Shown here: positions 20,419 through 30,601 of the stretch, piece after piece
Layout: every line of letters begins with the position of its first letter
Numbering within the stretch: the stretch's first letter is position 1
Source of the DNA: Christensenellales bacterium
Lineage (GTDB): Bacteria > Bacillota > Clostridia > Christensenellales > UBA1242
Assembly: GCA_051889995.1 (NCBI GenBank)
Contig: JBJFDL010000002.1
Location: 81,051-145,050 of the forward strand
DNA length: 64,000 bases
Direction of reading: 5' to 3'
Position numbers and translations under genes: made by a program
The notes under the pieces: generated by a model
Database searches by the model: none
The model's input: only the letters and a program-made list of their open reading frames with translations
Told to the model about the DNA's origin: nothing

Positions 20419-21684
20419 TTACTTATATGGTAGCACCGAGATATTCATATTTATTTCACACGCATCTAAATAGTCTTCTCCGTATTGCCTTAAAATTTTG
20501 ATTAGCGACTTTTTGTCATGCTTATAGAATTTTTCATAAAATTGAAAGATGTCTATTTTTTGGTTTTTTGTATATTCTAAACTTTTTTGAACACTATCAT
20601 TAATTTTTTCTTTCAATTTATCTGTTAATGCTTCTGTTAAATAATTTTCAATGCTATACATAATTTTTATATCTTTTGGCCTTTCATTTATAACTTCAGA
20701 TAAATAACAATAAATTCTAAAATCGACATCAAAACATAATTTATTATCACGATAAACTTCTTTTATTTTAATTTTTGATTTTTCAATTTCCACACTGACT
20801 TTACTGTTATCATAATATTTATCTGTAACATTTTCAACAAAAATTGCACCTTTATAACTTTTCTTATTTAAGTAACTAAAACCCGTCACTAATTCTTTGC
20901 TTAATTCATCAAAAAATTTACCTTTTTTAAATATTGCACTTTTGCCTTCATTTTGAACTAGTGGCTCAACCTTTGTTTCACTGCCAGAGTTACTTGAACC
21001 ACCAGAACTAGCACCAACCACTCCACCACTACTCCCTGATTGTTGAGTGTCAGATGAACCTTCTTGTCCCCCTTGCGAATCTCCACTAATTCCTTGAGAA
21101 ATTAATGGCATACTTGTAATTGCCGAAAAAGAATAGTAGTCATTAAAAAAATCACCAAGTGTTACAACATTTGCTGTCAAGAATAATTTTGAATTAAATC
21201 CTAAGTTGTTTTGAATACTCGAGCTCGAATTATTATTTAATTCGGCTGAAGTTTCTAATAAATTCTTTGCACTACCAGTTGTGTAGACTAAAATGGTTGA
21301 AAGTGTAATTTTTGAATTTCGATACATATATTCAAAAATATTCATTAAATCTTCTTCCTTAATGCTGTCGCTTAAAATGATAATATTTGTATGTTCTAAT
21401 CCAATCTCTTTACCTAATTTAATACTTAAATTGTTTAAGCAATCAAAAACAGTTTTACCATCATCTTCAATGATATCTAAATTTTCATTATTACTTATAT
21501 TACTTTGTGGCGTAATAATTTGCAATGCAACTGTAAAATTATCATTTTTTTTATCTATGCTGATTCCCGTAACAATTGCTCTAGTGTTAGTTTGTGCCGG
21601 GATTCCCACAGAAAAAGGTAAATATACAACAAACAATAAGGTAATTAAAAACAAATATTTATGTCGCAAGATATTTTTTATCAT
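20419..21684 (-). CDS. Ger(x)C-family spore germination protein (C subunit)
   Basis: Third gene of a gerA-type operon. N-terminal IVTGISIDKK and overall GerAC-like layout. Gly/Ser-rich insert. No lipobox Cys. Confidence 0.7.
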   Translation of the reverse strand: MIKNILRHKYLFLITLLFVVYLPFSVGIPAQTNTRAIVTGISIDKKNDNFTVALQIITPQSNISNNENLDIIEDDGKTVFDCLNNLSIKLGKEIGLEHTNIIILSDSIKEEDLMNIFEYMYRNSKITLSTILVYTTGSAKNLLETSAELNNNSSSSIQNNLGFNSKLFLTANVVTLGDFFNDYYSFSAITSMPLISQGISGDSQGGQEGSSDTQQSGSSGGVVGASSGGSSNSGSETKVEPLVQNEGKSAIFKKGKFFDELSKELVTGFSYLNKKSYKGAIFVENVTDKYYDNSKVSVEIEKSKIKIKEVYRDNKLCFDVDFRIYCYLSEVINERPKDIKIMYSIENYLTEALTDKLKEKINDSVQKSLEYTKNQKIDIFQFYEKFYKHDKKSLIKILRQYGEDYLDACEINMNISVLPYK

Positions 21685-22774
21685 TTTTTTTCTCCTTAAA
21701 ACTTGCTATTACTAAAAGTATTGGCAACATAAAAATAAAACCTAAAACAATAATACCTATTTTGTCATAATAAAATTTTGTAACGCTTTGACTGTTAATT
21801 TGAGCAATAAACTTGGAAATGAAAATTATGCTAACAACAATAATACTGGTGTAATCTTTTTCATAGTTAAATATCTGTTTAAAACAATAACTGATGCCAT
21901 ATGTTAGCAAGGAACACTCTAAAATTATCATTGGAATACCCATTGTGGCAGTAAATATATCAATTTTAAAATAACTGTAACTAGTCGAACCAAATTGAGT
22001 CATTTTAATTAAACTTTCTTGAACAAAAGGTGCAATATTTCCTAAAATTGAAATAAACAAAATATAAAATCCAACTATAAGAATCAAAATTAACAAACAA
22101 ACCCATAGAATAGTTCTATAATAACCATGACTTTTACTAACTACATTTTCCATAAATGTAAATAGAAAAATAAATTCACTTGACTGAAGCAATAAATATA
22201 GCAAAGCTTTAGAAAATTCGCTTGGAGTATGGTCAAAAAGTGGTAATAAGTTTTCGAAATTCGCATTTTTAACGCCTATTATCATAGTAGCAACTAAAAG
22301 TAGAAATCCAAATGGAACTAAAATTTGATAACAACGAGAAATTGTTTTTATTCCTTTAATCGATAAGTAAGCAAAGATTGCAAATATTGGTATAACAAAC
22401 ATAGTCCAATTTATGTCTGAGTAAATTGAATCGTAAAGTAATTCTGACATTTGATAATCGGCAAGTAATAATTTAAAAAAGAAAATAAATGCCAAAATTA
22501 ATAAAACAATTTTAGTAACAAAAGCGCCAAGAAGTTTTTCGAGAATTTGTTTAAAACTCATTCCTTGGTTTTTTTCTATACAAAAACAAACTAGAAATGT
22601 GAATAATAAATTAATAACGCAAGCAATAAAACTTGTTATTACACTATCGTTACCAACAACTCTTGCTTGTAAAGAATTTTCCATAATGGGACGCATTGAT
22701 AAAAAAATACCAAGCAATATTACACATAATGCATTTGTGCTTATTTTACTATTCTTTATCGTCATCTTTAACAC
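21659..22774 (-). CDS. GerAB-type spore germination permease (B subunit)
   Basis: 371 aa, about 10 TM, APC-like. Overlaps both neighbouring ger genes. Confidence 0.75.
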   Translation of the reverse strand: MLKMTIKNSKISTNALCVILLGIFLSMRPIMENSLQARVVGNDSVITSFIACVINLLFTFLVCFCIEKNQGMSFKQILEKLLGAFVTKIVLLILAFIFFFKLLLADYQMSELLYDSIYSDINWTMFVIPIFAIFAYLSIKGIKTISRCYQILVPFGFLLLVATMIIGVKNANFENLLPLFDHTPSEFSKALLYLLLQSSEFIFLFTFMENVVSKSHGYYRTILWVCLLILILIVGFYILFISILGNIAPFVQESLIKMTQFGSTSYSYFKIDIFTATMGIPMIILECSLLTYGISYCFKQIFNYEKDYTSIIVVSIIFISKFIAQINSQSVTKFYYDKIGIIVLGFIFMLPILLVIASFKEKKNDKKYLAT

Positions 22775-24335
22775 CTTGCCTTATTATATTTTTCTGCTTG
22801 AAGGAGTTTGGCCTTTCTCGCATATTTTTGATATTTCCCTTAAAAATAAAGTCTTTAAAATCATTCGTTACATATGGTGCCATAGGTGACATATACTCTG
22901 CCCCATAACTATCAAAATCGCATAAATATGCGAACACAAAAATTAATCCAATACAAATTCCAACAATGCCCATAATTGTTCCCATTAGTGTTAATAAGAA
23001 TCTTAATATTCTTAAAACTTTTGTTCCTTCGGGAATCAAGTATATGGCAATACTACTAAGTGCAACAATCATAATTGTTGGAGCACTAGCAAGATTGCTT
23101 TTAACTGCAGTATCGCCTAAAATTAATGCACCAATAATGTTAAAAGAACTTCCTAAACTTTTAGGTGTTCTAACACTCGCTTCATATAATATTTCGAACA
23201 TAAAAAATGCAAATAAAACTTCAATGGCCGGAGGCATAGGAATATTTTGTGAACTATTAATTAATGTAACCAAAAACTTAAGAGGTAAGGCTTTATAGTG
23301 ATATAATTGCATAGAAATATAAATTCCTGGCATAGTTAAAGCAAGAATTAACCCTAATAATCTTAAAAATCTTAAAAAACTAACTTTCGTATTTTCTTCG
23401 TAATAGTCTTCACTCGCTTGCAAGTCTTCAATTAACAAAAATGGTAAAGTTAAGGCAATAGGGCTTCCATCAACCAATATTACAACTCTTCCTTCAAGCA
23501 TTTTACCAACAACAATATCTGGCTTTTCAGTAAATCCAATCTGTTTAAAAATGCTGTTTGGTTTTTCTTCTAAATAGTCTTGTAAATAATAACTATCTAA
23601 AACTCCATCGATGTCAATTTGTTTTAATCGTTTTTTTATTTTCTTAACAACTTTTTTATCGGCAATACTTGTTAGATATAAAATGCTAACCTTTGTTTGA
23701 GTATATCTTCCTATAAATAGATTTTCAATTTTTAAATCATTAGTGCTAAGACGCTTTTTGATTAAATTAATGTTTGTGTTTATGTCTTCGATAAAACCTT
23801 CCCTTGGTCCACGAACTACATTATTATTAGGGGGTTCAACAACTGCTCTTTTTTCAAGCTTTTTAGAATTGATTAATAATCCTTCATTAACGCCTTCAAT
23901 TAACAAAACTTTTTCGCCACGAGTTAATTTGTTAATAAAATCTTTTTCGCTTTTACCAGAAGTTATTTCACCAGAATAAAGAACTTTTTCAGCTAAAAAC
24001 TTGGCAATAATACTATAAAACTCATCTTTTTTTACCGTTTTAAATTCTTTTTTATTATTTTTTGCAACATTTGTATTGATTTTTATGGTATTATTTTTTT
24101 TAATTATTTTTTTATGTATTATTAAAGGTTTATTAAGATTAATATTTTTATATTTATCTTCTCCATCATAAATAGGTTTTAAAATATCACTGCTGACCAC
24201 ATCAAAGTCGGCAAACTCTTCAAAAAAAAGTAATGCAAATCTTCTATCAAATGCAGAAAAATAACGAATTTTTAAACTTTCATTATCGTTAAATTTCTTT
24301 TTTAAATTGTCGACTCGTTTCTTAAGACTTAACAT
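22749..24335 (-). CDS. GerAA-type spore germination protein (A subunit)
   Basis: GPREGFIEDINTNINLIKKRL signature followed by a C-terminal multi-TM domain. Confidence 0.85.
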   Translation of the reverse strand: MLSLKKRVDNLKKKFNDNESLKIRYFSAFDRRFALLFFEEFADFDVVSSDILKPIYDGEDKYKNINLNKPLIIHKKIIKKNNTIKINTNVAKNNKKEFKTVKKDEFYSIIAKFLAEKVLYSGEITSGKSEKDFINKLTRGEKVLLIEGVNEGLLINSKKLEKRAVVEPPNNNVVRGPREGFIEDINTNINLIKKRLSTNDLKIENLFIGRYTQTKVSILYLTSIADKKVVKKIKKRLKQIDIDGVLDSYYLQDYLEEKPNSIFKQIGFTEKPDIVVGKMLEGRVVILVDGSPIALTLPFLLIEDLQASEDYYEENTKVSFLRFLRLLGLILALTMPGIYISMQLYHYKALPLKFLVTLINSSQNIPMPPAIEVLFAFFMFEILYEASVRTPKSLGSSFNIIGALILGDTAVKSNLASAPTIMIVALSSIAIYLIPEGTKVLRILRFLLTLMGTIMGIVGICIGLIFVFAYLCDFDSYGAEYMSPMAPYVTNDFKDFIFKGNIKNMRERPNSFKQKNIIRQGVKDDDKE

Positions 24336-24444
24336 ATATTTATTTTTAAACTAAAAATAACTTTTATGTATAAAAAGCAAAAAACACACTAGTTAATGTG
24401 TAATATTTTTCATCACTAATGTGTTTTCGAATTTATTAATTGTT

Positions 24445-25668
24445 TTATTTTATATTAATAACTTTAATAAAATTTTTCTTTCCCTTTTTAATTATATATT
24501 CTTCTTTAATAGGTAAAATTAATCTAAAATCAGTAATTTTTGTATCATCAATAATAACTGCACCTTGTTCTATCATTCTTCTAGCATCGCTTTTTGATGA
24601 AAACAAACTTGTTTGAACTAGCAAATCACAGACATTAATTTCACTTTCAATTTTAATTTCTTCAGTTGGCATATTTTCGTAATTTGCTTTACCAAATATG
24701 TTTGAAACCATATCTAAAACTTTATCGGCTTCTTCTTTTCCGTGAACAAGTTTTGTTACTTCATAAGCCATTTTCCTTTTGGCAACCAAAATGTCACCTT
24801 TTAAAAGTTCGTTGATTTCTTCAATAGGAATACGTGTTAAAAGTTTCATAACTTTTTCGACGTCTTTATCATCTACGTTATAGAAGTATTGATAAAATTC
24901 ATAAGGAGAAGTTTTGTTAGGATCAACCCATAATGCACCTTTTTCAGTTTTACCCATTTTAATTCCTTCGTAATTTGTTAACAAAGGATGAGTGAATGCC
25001 TCTAGTGGCTTATTCTCTTGACCTTCTTTGAAGTTCATTTTTCTGCTCAATTCAACACCAGCAACAATATTGCCCCATTGGTCACTTCCACCAAATTCAA
25101 GTTCACAATCATACTTTTTGTTAAGATAAGCAAAGTCATAAGCTTGCATTAACATATAACCCATTTCAAAAAATGTTAATCCACCATTGTTTAATCTTCT
25201 TGAATATGCTTCAGAAGCAAGCATTTTATTAACATTAAAATGAACACCAACATCTCTCATAAAATCGATATAGCTATAATCTTTAAACCATTCGGCATTA
25301 TTAACAATTAATGCTTTATTTTCACCTTCAAGGTCTACAAAGCGACCAATAATTTTTTTGATGGCTTCATAATTATTGTTAAGAAATTCATCATCAACCA
25401 TTTTTCTCATCGTAGATTTTCCACTAGGGTCACCAATTTTTGCAGTTGCCCCACCTAAAACAACCAAAACTCTATGCCCTGCTTCTTGCAAATATCTTGC
25501 TATGATTAGCGGAAAACAATGTCCTATGTGCAAACTGTCGGCTGTTGGGTCAATGCCAATATATGCTGTTGTTTTAGGACCATTTAATATTTTTTTAACT
25601 TCTTCAAGGTTTGTTGCTTGATAAATATATCCTCGTTCTTCTAATTTTGTAAATAAATCTTTTTCCAT
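24445..25668 (-). CDS. tyrS: Tyrosine--tRNA ligase
   Basis: HIGH (SLHIGHCFPL), KMGKT (KMSKS-type), C-terminal S4-like domain. 407 aa. Confidence 0.95.
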   Translation of the reverse strand: MEKDLFTKLEERGYIYQATNLEEVKKILNGPKTTAYIGIDPTADSLHIGHCFPLIIARYLQEAGHRVLVVLGGATAKIGDPSGKSTMRKMVDDEFLNNNYEAIKKIIGRFVDLEGENKALIVNNAEWFKDYSYIDFMRDVGVHFNVNKMLASEAYSRRLNNGGLTFFEMGYMLMQAYDFAYLNKKYDCELEFGGSDQWGNIVAGVELSRKMNFKEGQENKPLEAFTHPLLTNYEGIKMGKTEKGALWVDPNKTSPYEFYQYFYNVDDKDVEKVMKLLTRIPIEEINELLKGDILVAKRKMAYEVTKLVHGKEEADKVLDMVSNIFGKANYENMPTEEIKIESEINVCDLLVQTSLFSSKSDARRMIEQGAVIIDDTKITDFRLILPIKEEYIIKKGKKNFIKVINIK

Positions 25669-25794
25669 ATTTTCTCCTTAAATAAAAAAGTCTTCTACTC
25701 GGTAGAAGACTATATAGCAAAAAACTTCCACCAAATGAAAGGATTAAACAATTTCGTAATAGTAATATAATTTTGCTAAACTAATCATATAGTT
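25669..25794 (-). promoter_or_regulatory. tyrS leader with terminator/antiterminator alternative (compact T-box-like, tentative)
   Basis: Minus sense: terminator AGTCTTCTAC-cgag-TAGAAGACT-T6 (25684-25712). Just upstream, UUUGGUGGAAG can pair with the 5' terminator arm and carries UGGU. A 21-nt loop holds UAC codons. Confidence 0.35.
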
Positions 25795-25823
25795 ATGATA
25801 CAATATTAATTGCTATTTGTCAA
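25795..25823 (-). promoter_or_regulatory. Sigma-A-type promoter of tyrS
   Basis: TTGACA (25823-25818), 17 nt, TATCAT (25800-25795). Confidence 0.6.
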
Positions 25824-25824
25824 T

Positions 25825-26760
25825 TCAAAAATCACTTTTTTTCAAAAATTCTGTTACATCAAATTTCTCATTAAAATTAGGTATAAAGTACTCGTCACTC
25901 GACGATTTTTCTTGTATAAAGGCATTTTCAAAATTCAAATTAATTAAATGTCTTACTACTCTCTTATATTCTAATTCACTAACACAATTTTTTAGAATTT
26001 TATGTTGTTTTGCCTTATAATAAGGTGTGTATTGACTCATTAAACTAACAATAGTTTGATTTCCAAGTTTATCATTGATAAAATCAACAATTTTAATGCT
26101 ATCATTAGTTGCTTGTGGTAACACTAAATGCCTTACTATTATTCCTTTGATAAGTTTATTTTTTTCATTATATACATCTTCAGGAATAATCTTTCTTGCC
26201 ATTAGTAAACTTTGGCTTGCAAACTTAAAATAATCTTCTGCTTTTGAATATTCTAATGACAAATTACTGTCAAAATATTTTAAATCAAACAAGAATATAT
26301 CAACATAATCTTTTAATTTTTGAATTGTTTCAGGTTTTTCATATCCACTCGTATTCCACATAATGGGAAGTTTTGGTCGATATATTTTTAACGCTTCAAT
26401 AATTTCATCAGTGAAGTGCGTTGGAGTTACTAAATTAATATTTTCGACATTGCTGTTATCCAATTTTTTAAATATTTCAGCTAGTTGTGTAACGCTAATT
26501 TCTTCCCCTTTATTGTTATGACTTATCTCGGCGTTTTGGCAAAAAATACATTTTAAATTACAACCTGAGAAAAAAATTGTGCCACATCCATTTCCCCCAC
26601 AGACAATTGGCTCTTCGTAATAATGTCTTTTAACACTATTAATCTTTAAATTTTTTGATTTACAGAATCCGACCTTGCTATCTCTATCAATATTACAATT
26701 TCTAGGACATATATTACAATGTTTCATATTTAATTTTAACTCTTTTAACCAAAAATACAA
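25825..26760 (-). CDS. Radical SAM protein, PflX-like (pyruvate formate-lyase activase homologue family)
   Basis: CNLKCIFCQN is CxxxCxxC. N-terminal CNICPRNCNIDRDSKVGFC cluster is typical of the PflX/COG1313 family. Confidence 0.75.
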   Translation of the reverse strand: MYFWLKELKLNMKHCNICPRNCNIDRDSKVGFCKSKNLKINSVKRHYYEEPIVCGGNGCGTIFFSGCNLKCIFCQNAEISHNNKGEEISVTQLAEIFKKLDNSNVENINLVTPTHFTDEIIEALKIYRPKLPIMWNTSGYEKPETIQKLKDYVDIFLFDLKYFDSNLSLEYSKAEDYFKFASQSLLMARKIIPEDVYNEKNKLIKGIIVRHLVLPQATNDSIKIVDFINDKLGNQTIVSLMSQYTPYYKAKQHKILKNCVSELEYKRVVRHLINLNFENAFIQEKSSSDEYFIPNFNEKFDVTEFLKKSDF

Positions 26761-26824
26761 AATAAATAAAAATCATTTTTTTTATTTTAAGCGTTATGTT
26801 ATAATGAAAATATAGGAGTAAAAT

Positions 26825-27604
26825 ATGAATAAAATAGTAGTAATTACAGGTGCTTCTAGTGGACTAGGACTTTGCTTGTATAATATGTATAAAGAAAAAG
26901 GCGATACACCAATTTGCATTGCGAAAGATGAAGCAGAAAATATTGATAATTTTTATTTAGCAAATGTTAACGATGAAGAAAGAATTATTGAAGTCTTTAA
27001 TCAAATAAAAGAAAAATATGGTCATATTGATATTTTAATTAATAATGCTGGATTTGGAATTTCAGGAAGCATTGAACTTGAAAAATCAAGTTTGGTTAAA
27101 AACTTGATGGATGTTAATTTTATAGGTGCATTTTATTGCTATAAATATGCTCTTCCACTTATGAGTAGTGGTGCAAAAATTATTAATATGAGTTCAATTT
27201 GTGCTTTAATTCCTATTCCCTACAGAGGTTTTTATTGCTGTTCAAAATCTGCTTTACATTCAATGAGTTTAGCAACATATATGGAACTAAAAAGAAGTAA
27301 AATTTCAGTCGTTTCTGTTTGTCCTGGTCAGTTTAAAAGTAATTTCGAAAAAAATAGAATTAAAAGTTATGAAACAAGTGATAGATATAAAAATTCCGTA
27401 GCCAACACAGCAAAAGCGCTTGAAAATGATAACAAAAGAATGCCTGTAGAAAAGGTCGCAAAAATTATTATTAAGCAAACTTATAAGAAAAATCCTAAAC
27501 CTATCAAGGTTATTGGTTTTCAATATAAAGTCTTTTATTTCTTCTCTAGAATTTTACCAACACGAATGTTCTTATATTTTGTCAACAAATTTTTAGGAAA
27601 ATAA
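26825..27604 (+). CDS. SDR-family oxidoreductase
   Basis: ITGASSGLG, NNAG, and the S...YCCSK catalytic motif. Confidence 0.85.
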   Translation: MNKIVVITGASSGLGLCLYNMYKEKGDTPICIAKDEAENIDNFYLANVNDEERIIEVFNQIKEKYGHIDILINNAGFGISGSIELEKSSLVKNLMDVNFIGAFYCYKYALPLMSSGAKIINMSSICALIPIPYRGFYCCSKSALHSMSLATYMELKRSKISVVSVCPGQFKSNFEKNRIKSYETSDRYKNSVANTAKALENDNKRMPVEKVAKIIIKQTYKKNPKPIKVIGFQYKVFYFFSRILPTRMFLYFVNKFLGK

Positions 27605-27675
27605 ATATTAAAATTATTTGTCAATTAAAAATTTATTTGTTATAATTAAAAAAAATAAAATAAAGAGGTAATATT

Positions 27676-28194
27676 ATGCGTAAATTATCAGATATATTAT
27701 CCACCATTTGTTTGCTACCCATTATATTTGTAACTTTCATTCCAAATTTTATATGGTTTTCAATTTCAAAGGAAAGTGTTGCTACGATGAATTATGGAAT
27801 TATAAAATTCTTAGGAAATTTTTCTTATTGGAAAGAATATTTTTCTATAAGAGGATATTCTTTTACAAGTGTTTTCGTCGTTTTAATAGACATTTTATTG
27901 GTTTTAATTTTGATTGCAACACTTGCATACATAGTTTTATTTGTAATTAGTTTATTAGACTATAATTTCAAACTTGCAAAACCATTAAAAAAATGGATAT
28001 CTTTAGGGCTAATTATTGCATCTAGCCTTGTAATAATTTTAACAACAATTAACTCATTTGTATTATCAATTCCAATAGAATTAATCGACGGAACAGAAAT
28101 TTTAATTGGCACCGGCGTTTATCTTTCATTATTCACATTGATAGGTTCAATTTTTGCATTTATTATAAACACCAAAAAGGTTTCTAATGAATAA
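27676..28194 (+). CDS. Hypothetical membrane protein
   Basis: 172 aa, about 5 TM, AGAGG RBS. No family recognised. Confidence 0.55.
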   Translation: MRKLSDILSTICLLPIIFVTFIPNFIWFSISKESVATMNYGIIKFLGNFSYWKEYFSIRGYSFTSVFVVLIDILLVLILIATLAYIVLFVISLLDYNFKLAKPLKKWISLGLIIASSLVIILTTINSFVLSIPIELIDGTEILIGTGVYLSLFTLIGSIFAFIINTKKVSNE

Positions 28195-28214
28195 TTAAAT
28201 TTATAAACAGAAAA

Positions 28215-28244
28215 TAAAAAGATGTTGTTTAGACATCTTTTTTC
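28215..28244. terminator. Bidirectional intrinsic terminator
   Basis: AAAGATGT-tgtttag-ACATCTTT plus T-run. Confidence 0.7.
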
Positions 28245-28271
28245 ATAAAAAAAACCTATGATTTTTTCAAA

Positions 28272-29342
28272 TTATAGGTCATTTTTATTATTATTTTCAT
28301 TTTCTAAATTTTCTGCAGAATTACTATTTTCAATATTTATATTTTGTTCTTTATTCTCTTTTAAATTTTCACTAATATCACCAATAATTGTCTTTACATT
28401 GTGAGTCGCTAATGCATCCTCTAACTCATCTTTTTCAGTCTTCTTTCTGGCTTTCTTTGGTTTGGATAAATATTTAACCCTATTTAAAAATCCTTCGCCA
28501 TAAGCTTCAATTACAGATGTGCTAAATAAAAATGCTTTATCATCAATTTCAAATACAATTTTTTGTAAGTTTCTAGCTTCATATTTATTAACTAAACAAA
28601 GTAATATTTTTTTATCAACTTTGGAATAAGCTCCTTTACCATTAATTAGCGTTGCGCCACGATATAGTTTTTTAATTATTGCTTGTGAAATTTCTTCATT
28701 CTTATCACTAATAATGTAATAGGCTTTTGTTCCTTTTCCACCATCTAACACAAAGTCAGTGATTTTCCCAGATAGAAAAATTGCTATAAATGTATAAAGT
28801 GAAACAACTAACCCATGAGCTGCAAAACTTAAAATCAAAACTAATAAATCAACTAAGAAAATAATATTTCCAATTTTAAGATCAGGATTTAATTCGTGAA
28901 GAATTTTACCCAACATTTCTCCACCACCAGTGCTTGCTCCACCTCTCACCACTAATCCTGTTCCAACACCCATAAGCACTGCTCCAAAAATTGTGGCTAA
29001 AAATAAATCATGTAAATTTAAATCTATTTTAAGGTATTCAATACAAATAGAATATAATACAATTCCTAAAACAGAATAAAAGAAATATCTTTTACCTAAA
29101 ATTTTAATAGCAAAGAATATTAGAACAATATTGAATAAAATATATAATATTGTAGGTGAAATATCTATAATATTTCCTTGTCTTAATAAATCGGTTATAA
29201 CGGCTGCTAAACCTGAAAATCCACCTGGTGCTATTCCATTTGAATAGAAAAAACTATTAAATGCAAATCCCATCATAAATATTCCTACAAAAATACATAA
29301 AAAATCAAAAATCGTTGATAAATATTTATTTTTTAATTGCAT
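28272..29342 (-). CDS. YitT-family membrane protein (DUF2179 C-domain) with low-complexity tail
   Basis: Multi-TM N-half (GIAPGGFSG) and a DUF2179-like soluble domain (YYIISDKNEEI...LINGKGAYS). Asn/Glu-rich C-terminal extension. Confidence 0.7.
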   Translation of the reverse strand: MQLKNKYLSTIFDFLCIFVGIFMMGFAFNSFFYSNGIAPGGFSGLAAVITDLLRQGNIIDISPTILYILFNIVLIFFAIKILGKRYFFYSVLGIVLYSICIEYLKIDLNLHDLFLATIFGAVLMGVGTGLVVRGGASTGGGEMLGKILHELNPDLKIGNIIFLVDLLVLILSFAAHGLVVSLYTFIAIFLSGKITDFVLDGGKGTKAYYIISDKNEEISQAIIKKLYRGATLINGKGAYSKVDKKILLCLVNKYEARNLQKIVFEIDDKAFLFSTSVIEAYGEGFLNRVKYLSKPKKARKKTEKDELEDALATHNVKTIIGDISENLKENKEQNINIENSNSAENLENENNNKNDL

Positions 29343-29393
29343 ATTTTCCTCCTTTAACCAAATATTTTATTCTAAAATTTTAATTTAAGCAAC

Positions 29394-29430
29394 AAAAAAC
29401 GGAAAAACAAATTTTGAAATTCCGTTTATA
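29394..29430 (-). terminator. Intrinsic terminator after rplA
   Basis: Minus sense AAACGGAA-loop-TTCCGTTT followed by a T-run. Confidence 0.65.
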
Positions 29431-29438
29431 TGCTAATT

Positions 29439-30128
29439 TTAGTTTGTTTTATAGTTAACTCTAATTCCAGGTCCCATTGTAGAAGCAAGATTAATACTTT
29501 TTAAGTATGTTCCTTTGCTTGCTGCTGGTTTTGCTTTTACAATTGCTTGCATTAAAGCATTAAAGTTTTCAGTAAGTTTTTCTTTACCGAAACTTGCTTT
29601 ACCAATAATAACGTGAACTATATTATTTTTATCAAGTCTATATTCAACTTTACCAGCTTTAACATCATTAATAGCTTTAACTACATCTGTTGTAACTGTT
29701 CCACTCTTTGGATTTGGCATTAAACCTTTAGGTCCTAAAATTTTAGCGCAACGACCAACTAATCCCATCATATCTGGAGTTGTGATACAAACATCAAAAT
29801 CTAAGAAATTTTGATTTTGAATTTTTGCAACTACTTCTTCAGCACCAACAATATCAGCACCTGCTTTTTCAGCCGCATCGGCAGCATCACCTTTAGCAAT
29901 AACTAATACTCTAACATTTTTACCTGTTCCATTTGGTAAAACAACAACACCTCTAACTTGTTGGTCAGCATTTCTACCATCTACACCAAGTTTAACGTGC
30001 AATTCAATTGTTTCATCAAATTTTGCTTTACTTGTGTTTAATGCTAATTCAATTGCTTCGTCAACTTCATATATTTTAGAACGGTCAACTAATTTAGCAT
30101 TTTCTACATATCTTTTACTCTTTTTCAT
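29439..30128 (-). CDS. rplA: 50S ribosomal protein L1
   Basis: 229 aa. [14 protein letters not shown] and VVLPNGTGK motifs. Follows rplK. Confidence 0.97.
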   Translation of the reverse strand: MKKSKRYVENAKLVDRSKIYEVDEAIELALNTSKAKFDETIELHVKLGVDGRNADQQVRGVVVLPNGTGKNVRVLVIAKGDAADAAEKAGADIVGAEEVVAKIQNQNFLDFDVCITTPDMMGLVGRCAKILGPKGLMPNPKSGTVTTDVVKAINDVKAGKVEYRLDKNNIVHVIIGKASFGKEKLTENFNALMQAIVKAKPAASKGTYLKSINLASTMGPGIRVNYKTN

Positions 30129-30171
30129 TTTTTTCTCCTTTTGGTTTTAACGAGAACCGTAGTCCTCTCCC
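30129..30171 (-). promoter_or_regulatory. Structured leader ahead of rplA (candidate L1-binding autoregulatory hairpin)
   Basis: Minus sense GGGA-GAGGAC-tacg-GTTCTC-GTTAAAACCAAAAGGAGAAAAAA-ATG. Contains GGGAG...GACU. A paralogous element precedes rplK. Confidence 0.45.
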
Positions 30172-30175
30172 ATAA

Positions 30176-30601
30176 TTAATCTACGACTGTTACACCCATA
30201 CTTCTTGCTGAACCTGCAATCATACTGCAAGCACTTTCAAGACTAGATGCATTTAGGTCTTCCATTTTTGTTTTAGCGATTTCTTCAATTTGTGCTTTTG
30301 TGATTTTAGCAACTTTATCTCTATTAGATTTAGCGCTTCCTTTTTCAATTCCACAAGCTTTTTTAATTAAAACTGTTGCAGGTGGAGTTTTTAAAACAAA
30401 ACTAAATGTTCTGTCTTCATAAGCTGTAACAATAACTGGAATAATATATCCAACTTTATCTTGAGTTCTTTCATTAAATTGTTTTAAAAATTCCATTGTT
30501 GGAACGCCGTGTGGTCCTAATGCTGAACCTACGCTTTGACCTGGAGTAGCTTTTCCACCAGGTAATTGAAGTTTAATAACTGCTTTAACTTTCTTTGCCA
30601 T
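30176..30601 (-). CDS. rplK: 50S ribosomal protein L11
   Basis: 141 aa. [25 protein letters not shown]. Confidence 0.97.
   Translation of the reverse strand: MAKKVKAVIKLQLPGGKATPGQSVGSALGPHGVPTMEFLKQFNERTQDKVGYIIPVIVTAYEDRTFSFVLKTPPATVLIKKACGIEKGSAKSNRDKVAKITKAQIEEIAKTKMEDLNASSLESACSMIAGSARSMGVTVVD

Noticed and set aside
24336-24444. Sigma-G/sigma-F-type forespore promoter upstream of the gerA-type operon
   Set aside because: I could not find a convincing GHATR-n17/18-CATnnTA arrangement. Only AT-rich near-matches are present, and calling one would be guesswork.
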